DNA from: Candidatus Poribacteria bacterium
GTDB taxonomy: Bacteria > Poribacteria > WGA-4E > WGA-3G
Length of the DNA stretch: 64,000 nt
Direction: 5' to 3'
Assembly: GCA_963663765.2 (NCBI GenBank)
Contig: CAXXUA010000004.1
Location: 864,001-928,000, forward strand
Below, piece after piece: positions 10,833 to 20,348 of the stretch; position 1 is the stretch's first letter; each line of letters begins with the position of its first letter. Under the pieces are notes generated by a model. It worked only from the letters and a program-made list of their open reading frames with translations, had not been told where the DNA came from and ran no database searches. Made by a program: the position numbers and the translations under genes.

Positions 10833-11290
10833 TAGTGAAATCCAAAAATATATCTACACTCCCTGGTGAGGGTTATTCAGTTTTCAATATTTTTGATAGT
10901 ATTTTGCTATTCCGTTAATATTATGTGATACCATAATATTATGTGATACCATCTTGTCCATGTTTTTAGTTCCGTAGGAACGATATGTTTATAGAAAATG
11001 TTTTCTACCCCAATTGAGTTCCGTAGGAACGACATAGAAGAATAAACATATCGTCCCTACGGGACTAAAGAACTGGGGGAGGGTATTCGTTTTCTATAAA
11101 TATATCGTCCCTACCAAATCAACGCCAAATGCGCCAAATCAACGGTATGAATGCCATTAAGGCATTCCCCGTATGGCATTTGTCGGGACTAAATAGCGAT
11201 GTTCATGTTTCAATAATCTAAAATTGATGTATAAAGTTCGGTAAGGAAACCGAACCTACCGTCGTGTCAAAGTAATTATGGATTTTACTA
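10833..11290. mobile_element. Composite MITE (TAGT(G/A)AAATCCA ends, TA flanks) containing nested REP cassettes
   Basis: Inverted termini flanked by TA; the interior resembles the reverse complement of part of 26772..27164. Confidence 0.6.
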
Positions 11291-11307
11291 TAAATGGAGC
11301 TGATTTA

Positions 11308-11440
11308 TAGTAGATTTTAGAATTATTTTTACACTATCAGGTGTAGGAAGGAACTCCGATTCCCGACTATCAAGGCGTTCAGTCGCGATTCGGAGATCGC
11401 TCCTACAGAACAAGTGTAAACTTAATTGTATATTTTACTA
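11308..11440. mobile_element. 133-bp TA-flanked MITE (same family as 1599..1731)
   Basis: Near-identical sequence and length. Confidence 0.9.
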
Positions 11441-11645
11441 TAAAGAAGTCTGGTGGTTTGTTTGTCGTTTGAACGAAGTTTCACAGGATTATAGGATTTT
11501 CAGGATTGAGCCTCTGTGGTAGGTGAGAATCGCGTAGAATTGATATTAGCAATCGGTTACGCAAATTATGGGGCAATCCTTGTTGAGATCATGATGAGAA
11601 ATAATCCTGTGAAACTGAAAATTCTGAAAATCTTGGTCCAGACAA

Positions 11646-13139
11646 CTAACTCATTACCTGCCAAATTGGTTCCGCACCCTCAACACCAACGAGTTTTTGG
11701 TCTAATCCGCTATGGAAGTAAGTGAGTTGATTCGGGGCAATGCCAAGTTGATGAAGGATTGTAGCGTGCAGATGTCTGACATGGAAAGGGTCTTTGGCAG
11801 CCGCACTACCGAGTTCATCTGTCTCGCCAACACTGATACCACCTTTGATGCCACCACCCGCCATCCACATCGTGAAACCGTATGAGTTGTGGTCACGACC
11901 TGTGCCTTTTGCGTACTCTGCTGTTGGTTGGCGACCAAATTCACCACCCCATACAACAAGTGTTTCGTCAAGTAATCCGCGTTGTTTTAGGTCTTTCAGT
12001 AGACCAGCAATCGGTTTATCAGTTGCTTTGGCATGTTTGTTATGGTTTCTCTCAATGTCGCTATGTGCGTCCCAATTATCATCGTTATGTGCTCCCCCAG
12101 AATAGAGTTGAATGAACCGCACACCACGTTCAACTAATCGCCTTGCCAAAAGGCATTTTCTACCAAATTCCTCTGTCTCTTTCTCATTAATCCCGTACAG
12201 TGTATTGATGTATTCTGGTTCGCTATCCAAATTGACCGCTTCTGGTGCGGCAGATTGCATCTTAAAGGCTAACTCATAGCTTGAAATTCGAGCGGCGAGA
12301 TCGGTGTTGTCAGTCCGTTTAGAGAGATGGGTAGAATTAAATTTGCGCAAATAATCCAGTAGTCTGCGCTGTTCGCTTTCGGACATATCTTTTGCACGTT
12401 CCAAATTCAGTATCGGAGTGCCTTCTGAGCGAAAAACTGTACCTTGATAAACGGCAGGCATATACCCGCTACTCCAATTCTTCGCACCGCTAATTGGACC
12501 ACCCGTCCGGTCAAGCATAACGACATATCCAGGTAAATTCTCGTTCTCACTACCAAGACCATAGTTCACCCAAGAACCGAGTGATGGGTGACCGCTTAGT
12601 ATACGACCTGCGTTCATCATCAGCATCGCTGAACCGTGTAATGGTGAGTCTGCTGTCATTGATTTGATAAAGGCAATGTCATCAACACACGTTGCAATGT
12701 GTGGAAATAGTCCTGACACCCACTGTCCTGACTCACCGTGCTGTTTGAATTCCCATTTAGGACCGACGATGCGACCCTGATTCCTCTCACCACCACGTCC
12801 TTTTGTTTTTACTTGAACGGTTTTGTCGTTGAGTTCCGCCAATTTCGGTTTGTAATCAAAGGTATCAACATGGCTTGGACCGCCATACATGAATAGGAAT
12901 ATTACGCGCTTAGCCTTCGGTGTGAAGTGCGACGGTTTCGGCGCGAGGGGATTTTGATAGGGGGTTACACCGTCTGCTGCAAACGCTTGTGAATTGAGGA
13001 ATCCATCAGTGGATAATAGTCCTGTCAAGGCAAGCGATGCGAAACCTCCAGCGATGTTACCGATAAATTCCCTACGAGTTTGACCACAAAAACTACCTAC
13101 AGAATCTGTTCCTTTCTTAATCTTTGATTGACTATTCAT
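11646..13139 (-). CDS. DUF1501 family (sulfatase-like) protein with Tat signal
   Basis: TRREFI twin-Arg motif, GGPSHVDTFDYKP, GGEFGR, GRDHN. Confidence 0.92.
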   Translation of the reverse strand: MNSQSKIKKGTDSVGSFCGQTRREFIGNIAGGFASLALTGLLSTDGFLNSQAFAADGVTPYQNPLAPKPSHFTPKAKRVIFLFMYGGPSHVDTFDYKPKLAELNDKTVQVKTKGRGGERNQGRIVGPKWEFKQHGESGQWVSGLFPHIATCVDDIAFIKSMTADSPLHGSAMLMMNAGRILSGHPSLGSWVNYGLGSENENLPGYVVMLDRTGGPISGAKNWSSGYMPAVYQGTVFRSEGTPILNLERAKDMSESEQRRLLDYLRKFNSTHLSKRTDNTDLAARISSYELAFKMQSAAPEAVNLDSEPEYINTLYGINEKETEEFGRKCLLARRLVERGVRFIQLYSGGAHNDDNWDAHSDIERNHNKHAKATDKPIAGLLKDLKQRGLLDETLVVWGGEFGRQPTAEYAKGTGRDHNSYGFTMWMAGGGIKGGISVGETDELGSAAAKDPFHVRHLHATILHQLGIAPNQLTYFHSGLDQKLVGVEGAEPIWQVMS

Positions 13140-13189
13140 AACCTCACTCCAATCTTAGGTTTTGTTTTGAAATTCAAAAACAGTTCAAA

Positions 13190-16102
13190 TTAATCTACAA
13201 ATATAAATTCGTTTAAATTCAACGCCAGCAACGCGAATCGAGTAAGCGCGACTTCTGAACTCAGAGCATCTTTTTGTTGAAGTTCCTGTATAAATGTTAA
13301 CGCGTGTTGAATCTCAGTTGCTACCGGTTCACGACAAAGCACAAGTCGTAGTCCAAATTTCACACGCTCTTCGACCGTCTCACCACCTTCCGATTGCATC
13401 TTGTTTGCAAATGCTTGAGCTTGATCATTGATAAATTTCCCATTTAGCATCGTCAGCGATTGGGTCGGCACCGTCGTTGAAAAACGAACTGGACATGTCG
13501 AATCGGTATTCGCTTGGTCGAATTGGTTCAGAATAGGAACAAGCAACGAACGCTTAATTTTTACATAAACACTCCGTCGGTTCGCCTCATCTGGTGGGGA
13601 TTTCCCCCACACACTCCCTGGTCTTGAAGCTGTTGCCAACACTTCTTGTGGTAGTTCAGGAAAAACACTCGGTCCTCCCATTTTAAGGTTCAACTTTCCA
13701 GTATTCCAAAGCACTGTGTCACGAATTTCTTCTGCTGCCAAGCGGCGAATGTTGAATCGCCAGAATAGATCATTGTTCGCATCCTGTTGAATGTAATCCG
13801 AGTGACTCTGAGATGACATACGATATGTGCTTGAGGTCATAATGAGTTTATGTATCGTTTTTAATCGCCAACCAGACGCGATGAATTCAGACGCAAGCCA
13901 ATCGAGAAGTTCTGGATGTGTTGGGGGTGTACCTAACTTGCCAAAATCGTTGGAAGACCGTACAATTCCTCGTCCGAAATGATACTGCCAAATGCGATTA
14001 GCCATCACGCGTGCTGTAAGTGGGTTTTCAGCACGTCCCACCCATTCAGCAAAAACGCGCCGTTTTCCAGACGGTTTGCCATCTTTTGGATTTAACTGTA
14101 TGTTCTCTGCACGTGAATTCAGCACTTCAGGAAATGCAGGTTTTACCTCGCGCCCTACGAGATGCGGATTGCCACGCCGAAGAATATGCGTCGGTGTCTG
14201 TCCATTCTCCGAAACAGCTAAAGCAAGATAGTCGTAAGGTACACGTCGACGTCGAATGTTATCTCGCTGTTTTTTCAGTTCATTGTATTGATCTACCAAC
14301 ACCTTTAGTGGTGGGTTGCCTTTAATTCTTTCTGTATGTGTTTTTATGAGTTCGTCAAAATTGATCGTGGCAGCTGTTGAAAGAGACTGTTTCTCAAGAT
14401 TTGGTCCAGACCACGAGATTTCCAGATGTGGTTTATCTACATCTTTGATGAAATACTCAAGACGAATCGGCACATCACCAACTTCAAGAGTTAGTTGTGT
14501 TTCACTATCACCACTCAATTCACTGACTAATTGACCATTGAGAATTAGTCTAAAGGCACCATTCAGAACAAGGTGGAACGTATAGGTCGCATTTTCCGGT
14601 ACTTGTAATGTCCCTTCAAAGACCAAGCCGAAGTTCTTCTTTCGGTTTGCAGGTGCGAGTGTAAATAAGTTTCTAAATAATTTACCCTCGGCGGTAGGTT
14701 CAAGAGAATCAAAATCGTTAGGAAACTGTTCAAAGGTGTCACGATAGAAACGGTAGGTCAAGTCACGAATTGGAGACACCACGATGTCAGGTGCTATCGG
14801 TTCTGGATGAATCTTAGCGAGTTCTATTTTGATGTTTTCTTGTATTTGAAAGAGATCATCTTGGCATTTTTCTTCTGCTTGTCGTTTTTCAGCCAGTTGT
14901 CTGTCACGTTCAGCTTGCTGTTCAGGTGTACCTATGTCGGCATGCGGTCCACTGTTATGGGGAGTGATGTCATGGAAAAACGCAAGAAAACTGTAATAGT
15001 CATGTGTTGAAATAGGGTCAATTTTATGGTCATGGCATCGCGCACAACCAATTGTCATACCAAGCATCACTTGTCCGGTCGTAGAAACAATATCGTCAAG
15101 ATAGTCGTACCGAGCAAGTTTCCGATCCGCTGGCCCATTGTCCCAAACACCGAGTCTATGATACCCAGTCGCAATGATAGTCTCTGGAGATACGGTATCA
15201 AGTTCATCACCTGCCAATTGTTCCTTGATGAATTCATCATACGGTTTGTCTTGGTTGAACGCGTTAATGACATAGTCTCTGTATCGCCATACATAAGGCT
15301 TGTCAGAATCACTTTCATAACCGTTTGTCTCAGCGTACCGTACAAGATCAAGCCAATGTCGTCCCCATTTTTCACCATACCGAGGTGATTCCAGAAGTTC
15401 GTCAATTAGTTTCTCATAAGCGAATGGTGAAGTGTTATTTAAAAAGGAGTCCACTGCTTCTGGGGAAGGTGGTAATCCTGTGAGATCATAGTATGCCCGA
15501 CGAATAAGCGTCAGTTTGCTTGCGGGAGCGGCGGGGGTATAACAGCGTTCCTCCAGTTTTGCAAGAATAAACGCGTCAATTGGATTCCTCACCCAATCTA
15601 ATGAATACACCGATGGCACTTGAGGTCGTCTTAACGGACGGTATGCCCAATAATCGGATGCAGTTTCAGAAACCGATATGACGTTTCCATCTTGATCGGG
15701 ATATGGAAGTCCCATGTTAATCCACTTTGCTAACACCTCAAGCGAGGCATCATCTAACTTACCATCTGGCGGCATCTCTGCTGTTTCTTGACCGTAACCA
15801 ACCATCTCAAGCAAGAAACTGTCATCAGGTTCTTCTAACGACACCGCGGCTCCGTAATGTCCACCTTCAAGTATCTTTTCCCTATTCGTCAATTCAAGTC
15901 CACCCTGCACTTCGGCTTCACCACCGTGGCATTGGAAACAGTTTTGTTCAAGAATCGGTTTCACTTGAGTGTTAAAGAATTCAGCCTTTTCTTTATCACT
16001 CAGATTATTCGCATGACTGGTACTCAGAAAAATCAACGCACATAAGATAACAATAATACCAAAACAGAAATGATAAGAATGTTGCATAGTTTCTCCATTC
16101 AA
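13190..16102 (-). CDS. Planctomycete cytochrome c + DUF1549 + PA14 + DUF1553 (PSD1) protein
   Basis: CFQCH and CARCH heme motifs, RWLDLVRYAE-like motif, PTHPELLDWLA. Confidence 0.92.
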   Translation of the reverse strand: MNGETMQHSYHFCFGIIVILCALIFLSTSHANNLSDKEKAEFFNTQVKPILEQNCFQCHGGEAEVQGGLELTNREKILEGGHYGAAVSLEEPDDSFLLEMVGYGQETAEMPPDGKLDDASLEVLAKWINMGLPYPDQDGNVISVSETASDYWAYRPLRRPQVPSVYSLDWVRNPIDAFILAKLEERCYTPAAPASKLTLIRRAYYDLTGLPPSPEAVDSFLNNTSPFAYEKLIDELLESPRYGEKWGRHWLDLVRYAETNGYESDSDKPYVWRYRDYVINAFNQDKPYDEFIKEQLAGDELDTVSPETIIATGYHRLGVWDNGPADRKLARYDYLDDIVSTTGQVMLGMTIGCARCHDHKIDPISTHDYYSFLAFFHDITPHNSGPHADIGTPEQQAERDRQLAEKRQAEEKCQDDLFQIQENIKIELAKIHPEPIAPDIVVSPIRDLTYRFYRDTFEQFPNDFDSLEPTAEGKLFRNLFTLAPANRKKNFGLVFEGTLQVPENATYTFHLVLNGAFRLILNGQLVSELSGDSETQLTLEVGDVPIRLEYFIKDVDKPHLEISWSGPNLEKQSLSTAATINFDELIKTHTERIKGNPPLKVLVDQYNELKKQRDNIRRRRVPYDYLALAVSENGQTPTHILRRGNPHLVGREVKPAFPEVLNSRAENIQLNPKDGKPSGKRRVFAEWVGRAENPLTARVMANRIWQYHFGRGIVRSSNDFGKLGTPPTHPELLDWLASEFIASGWRLKTIHKLIMTSSTYRMSSQSHSDYIQQDANNDLFWRFNIRRLAAEEIRDTVLWNTGKLNLKMGGPSVFPELPQEVLATASRPGSVWGKSPPDEANRRSVYVKIKRSLLVPILNQFDQANTDSTCPVRFSTTVPTQSLTMLNGKFINDQAQAFANKMQSEGGETVEERVKFGLRLVLCREPVATEIQHALTFIQELQQKDALSSEVALTRFALLALNLNEFIFVD

Positions 16103-16315
16103 ATATAGAATAATGTGTGAAGCACAGTAGAGTTACTTTCATTTTGCGTAATAAAACACTAACGCATAAGAACATTTCAGCAGAAAATTACTATCTGTAC
16201 TGTGATAAATCAAAGTCAAATTTCAAAATGATAACATATTTTACATAAAGAAATCTATGAAAATCTGTTAATTCCCCAAAAATCATCCATTTTGTTGAGT
16301 TTGTCCATAATTACT

Positions 16316-17878
16316 TTACAACGAATCTAATGTTTCTTCCGTTTCAGTTTGCAGGACAGAAATTCGCGCAAGAAATGCATTAATGCTTCCCTTCTTGCAA
16401 AACCAATTACCTGTTGCCCCTAACTTAAACCGTTGTCCACGGGCAAACTGGTGGCGAATTTGTCCTGTGTCACCGGGCGGAATATCCCACGCTGAAGCGA
16501 GAGCATCATCTGGATACCCTTCAGTGGGCAGTTCAACATCAGCGTCAAATAGATCAAAAGAACCTTCTGCCTCACCCCCACCCACCTGTATATCAATAAT
16601 GAGCGTGCCACCTTGTTCATAAGACGTAGCGTCAATTTCAGTAGGTGTGTAATCCTGATAACCGTCTCCCGGACCACGAAAAACGTTCAAAACCTCCATT
16701 GATTGTTCACGCAAGTTCAAGTCCAATTTTGACACCAATTTCACTCTATTTTCGCTGGCAACGTTGGTGTTCATAACTTTGCCTTTCGCAACGTTTGCTA
16801 ACTGTGTTAAATATCTTTGTGCCGGATTGCGGCTCGGTAGTTTGTTTTCTGGCTGGTGCAAAATTAACTCTGCTTGGGGATTCAGCACCTGAATATCCAC
16901 TGCACCGACGTAATTTTCTTTGAGTGTTTTAGCAAAAACTCTGACCTTTTCACCCTCTGAATCCTCAATCCATGCTGACAAATCGCGAAAGAGCACACAA
17001 GTATTGACAAAATTCTCGTTCAGCACTTTGATGAGTTCCGAATTTGAGAGCGGACCCGCTCTCAAGTTTTTACCGTTCGCTCAGCAGGATTCATCGTCCA
17101 ACGGTCCCCAACTGATGACCGCATGCATCGGAAGCTGCGTCGCAGTTGCTTTTTCAACTGCCTCCTCAAGCGGTAGCCAATCAATTTCAGCGAACTTGTA
17201 GAACTTCAATTCCAATCTTTTGCGTGTCTCTTCGGATGTGACTGAACCGTCCCAATCAATTTCGTCCGGTGCTTTAGTTGAGGTGGCATGGAGTTTCATA
17301 CGCGGCACGAAAACCATGTCAGCATACCCAAAGTCATTGATATCCACATTGCTATTGCGCGGTGGTAGCGCGAGTGAAAAGTCACAAACGATACCTGTTT
17401 TTAGGTTGATGAGCAAACACCCAGCAAATTGTGATGGAATAAAGCGAGCGACATCCATATCATCATCGTTACGGCGTTTCGATTCCGGTTTGGGACGGGT
17501 CGCCAAAGTAAACTCTGCATGAATTCGGAACGTAATGTCTGCGTAGTCCGGCGAAAGTGCACGTAAACAGGCGAAAGCCCCTTCCTGTCCGTTGCCCAAT
17601 TTCCCTGTAGCACCCGGGTGAAATTGTGAAAGAAACGGAATAACTCTGTCCAGATCAAGCTCCCAAACATCGCCTACCGTCACATTTGACGTTGGAAGAA
17701 AGGCGTTGAAAGCCTCTACTTTATACTCTCTGGTAGGTTCGTTTGGTGCCAGATCAAAGAGTTCCATGTTTTCTGGTGAGTCTTGGTGTAGGTCGTAGGT
17801 TGCATCGGCAATTGGGTCCCAATGTGCATAGATTTGTAAAGTTGCTGTATTTTTCAAGACACTGTTAAGGTCTACCAT
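16316..17878 (-). CDS. Selenoprotein N (SELENON)-like protein, about 520 aa, with selenocysteine at UGA 17083..17081 (codon 266)
   Basis: The two track ORFs are in frame, separated by TGA plus 5 sense codons. Reads WGPLDDESC-U-ANGKNLR versus human SelN [17 protein letters not shown] (from memory); FRIHAEF motif; hairpin downstream. Confidence 0.9.
17044..17065 (-). promoter_or_regulatory. Putative bacterial SECIS element
   Basis: UUGAGAGCG-GGUC-CGCUCUCAA perfect stem starting 15 nt after the UGA; the loop starts with G. Confidence 0.8.
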
Positions 17879-18106
17879 CGATTTTCCCCTTTACGTGATT
17901 CATACTATAACATGAGTTTGATAATAGATATATGAACTTCATTTTGCATAAAATCTTCTTCTCATAAACCCGGTAGGTGCGGTTTCCTAACCGCACCGAG
18001 TCCAAAAATCTGATTTATCATATTCACGTTACTATAGGTTCATGGACTATAAATTATACATGCTACGGACGAATTTTGCCATACCTATCGTATCATAAAT
18101 TTCAGG

Positions 18107-20146
18107 CTACAGGTAAGGTCTCATATCCCAAAGCACGATAGTACCATCAAAACTACCACTTGCCAGTAGTGTGCCATCTGGCGAGAATGCCAATGACTGA
18201 ATATCTGTCGGATGTCCCCAGAGAGTAGTTATGTTCTCTCCACTTGCAACATCCCATAACCTAATTGCCATTTTCTCCATTCCCTTCTGCCACCATGTGC
18301 CTGATGTAAGATAACGTCCACACGGTGAAAATGTCAGAGCATAAGGCTTTTCTGTTTGAAACTGCGGTATTGCAAATAGCGTTGTCAAACTTTCGGCACA
18401 CCACAAACGCAATTCACCGTACATTCCACCAGCAATCACTTTCCCACACGGCGAAAATGCTATCTTCATAAGTATACCACGTTCCTTCAAAGACAATGTG
18501 GTAATCTCTTTGCTTGTCTCTACGTCCCACAGTCGAGCAGTTCTATCACTTGAACCACTTACGAGTCTTTTACCATCTGGTGAATATTTCACTGACCAAA
18601 TAAAATCTGTATGTCCAGTAAATGGCTTTAACTTTTCCTTATTTTTGAAATCCCATTGATAGATTGTACCTTCTCTACTTCCAACTGCAAGTTGATCGCT
18701 TGTCGGTGAAAATGCTATTTTCCATGTCAATTGTGCCTGTTCGGTAAATTCAGCGATCGGTTCGTCAGGTTTCCCAGCATCCCACACACAGCCATAGTCG
18801 TCGTTGGATCGGATATATGCACCGATGATGTTTCCGCAAGGTAAAACGGAAAAAGAAGTTATCCTCGTGTTCTCCAGTATTGTATCCTGCACCTGTTTAC
18901 TCTCAACATCCCATAGTGCAATTCCCCTATGATCACTCGTGCTTGCAAGTGTCTTTCCATCCGGTAAAAACAGTACAGGTTGCGGAACATGATTAAATCT
19001 ACGAAGTGTTGTGGTTAAGTGTGTGTGGTACCCCACCTCTGACTCTTTGCTCAGTGTAAAGTCTGTAAGAGCCAGCTGTGGGAACTCTCTAAACCACATC
19101 GCATCAATACTACGGGGATGAATTGCTGGAATGCAAAGTTTTTCTCTACGTTCAACATTCCAGACATCAACAGTATCTTCTCCATTCACAATCGCGAACA
19201 ACTCACCTTCTTCGGAATAGAATGGAACTATCCGAGTCGATCCAAAATCAGTATAAACCTCCTTTTGCTTACCCTTTGCTATGTCCCAGACGCGTAAGCT
19301 TTTATCTCTACTACTCGATGTGATGAATTTTTTACAAGGTGAGAAGGTGATATAATCTACCCAGTCCTTATGACCAATGAAATGTGCAATGCGTTCACCT
19401 GATACTATATCCCAGACTGAGACACATTGTGCAACCCAACCGGTATCGCTGGTGGATTCGTCAGGGGTCGCTGCTGCCAGTAGGTGGTTATCTTGCGAAA
19501 AGATTCTATTTACTCCTGCGAACTTGAATATTAATTCACCAGTCTCAGGACACCAGATGTAAGTTTGCGTACCTTCTGTGCCAAGGTTATCTGCAGTTGC
19601 AGCAACGTATTGTCCATTTGGAGAAAATTCCAAATCGTAAATATCCGCTGAAGTAACTTCACGTTCTCCTCGGTCCATCTGTGCGATGCAAACATCTTCA
19701 TGGACATCCAAAACCTCAACGATTCCTTTCTGATTTGCCGTGACAATCCACTTACTATCAGGGGAAAATGAAACATGCCAATAGATATTTTGTTCTTGCA
19801 TTCGTTTCATCTGTCCTAAACATTCTCCACTCTGAGCATCCAGCAATTTGACTATACCGTCATAATTGGCAACAGCAATCCACTCTCCATTTGGTGAAAA
19901 ATCCAGAGTGGAAATCATCCCTCGTTCTGTTTCCCACAATGCGATAGGTAACTTTGACGACATTTCATACCACCAAAGTCCCACAAGTGTACCGACAGCA
20001 AAGTACTTACTTTTAGGGGAAAGTGCTATTTTATGACTTCTTCCTTTCCCCAACCGAGCGATTGCGTTTTCTGGCAGTACCCATGTCGTTCCTTCAGTGT
20101 CCCTCAGCACAACATTGAATGGTGCCGGTCTTCTATTTTGTTTCAT
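18107..20146 (-). CDS. WD40-repeat protein
   Basis: Many GH...AFSP...WD repeats; N-terminal LPENAIARLGKG motif. Confidence 0.92.
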   Translation of the reverse strand: MKQNRRPAPFNVVLRDTEGTTWVLPENAIARLGKGRSHKIALSPKSKYFAVGTLVGLWWYEMSSKLPIALWETERGMISTLDFSPNGEWIAVANYDGIVKLLDAQSGECLGQMKRMQEQNIYWHVSFSPDSKWIVTANQKGIVEVLDVHEDVCIAQMDRGEREVTSADIYDLEFSPNGQYVAATADNLGTEGTQTYIWCPETGELIFKFAGVNRIFSQDNHLLAAATPDESTSDTGWVAQCVSVWDIVSGERIAHFIGHKDWVDYITFSPCKKFITSSSRDKSLRVWDIAKGKQKEVYTDFGSTRIVPFYSEEGELFAIVNGEDTVDVWNVERREKLCIPAIHPRSIDAMWFREFPQLALTDFTLSKESEVGYHTHLTTTLRRFNHVPQPVLFLPDGKTLASTSDHRGIALWDVESKQVQDTILENTRITSFSVLPCGNIIGAYIRSNDDYGCVWDAGKPDEPIAEFTEQAQLTWKIAFSPTSDQLAVGSREGTIYQWDFKNKEKLKPFTGHTDFIWSVKYSPDGKRLVSGSSDRTARLWDVETSKEITTLSLKERGILMKIAFSPCGKVIAGGMYGELRLWCAESLTTLFAIPQFQTEKPYALTFSPCGRYLTSGTWWQKGMEKMAIRLWDVASGENITTLWGHPTDIQSLAFSPDGTLLASGSFDGTIVLWDMRPYL

Positions 20147-20179
20147 ATATTAACTCCTTGGTTTAGTTTTTATGTATTT

Positions 20180-20301
20180 CAGGACTTACGCAGTTTTCTT
20201 GATTTAATCAAATATTATGTTGAAAATGATGCAATTATCAGCGTTTTTATGGGTTTCCAGCGCGCTTACAAAGCACGTCTACCTTTTTTGCGTAAGTCCT
20301 G
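20180..20301. mobile_element. 122-bp CAGGACTTACGCA-family MITE with 5-bp TSD TATTT, carrying one GCGCGCTTACAAAGCACG REP
   Basis: TIRs and TSD read directly; inverted copy at 51302..51423. Confidence 0.88.
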
Positions 20302-20348
20302 TATTTATAAGATTGTAGCTGGAAATTGCATCTATACACGCTGAGGAA

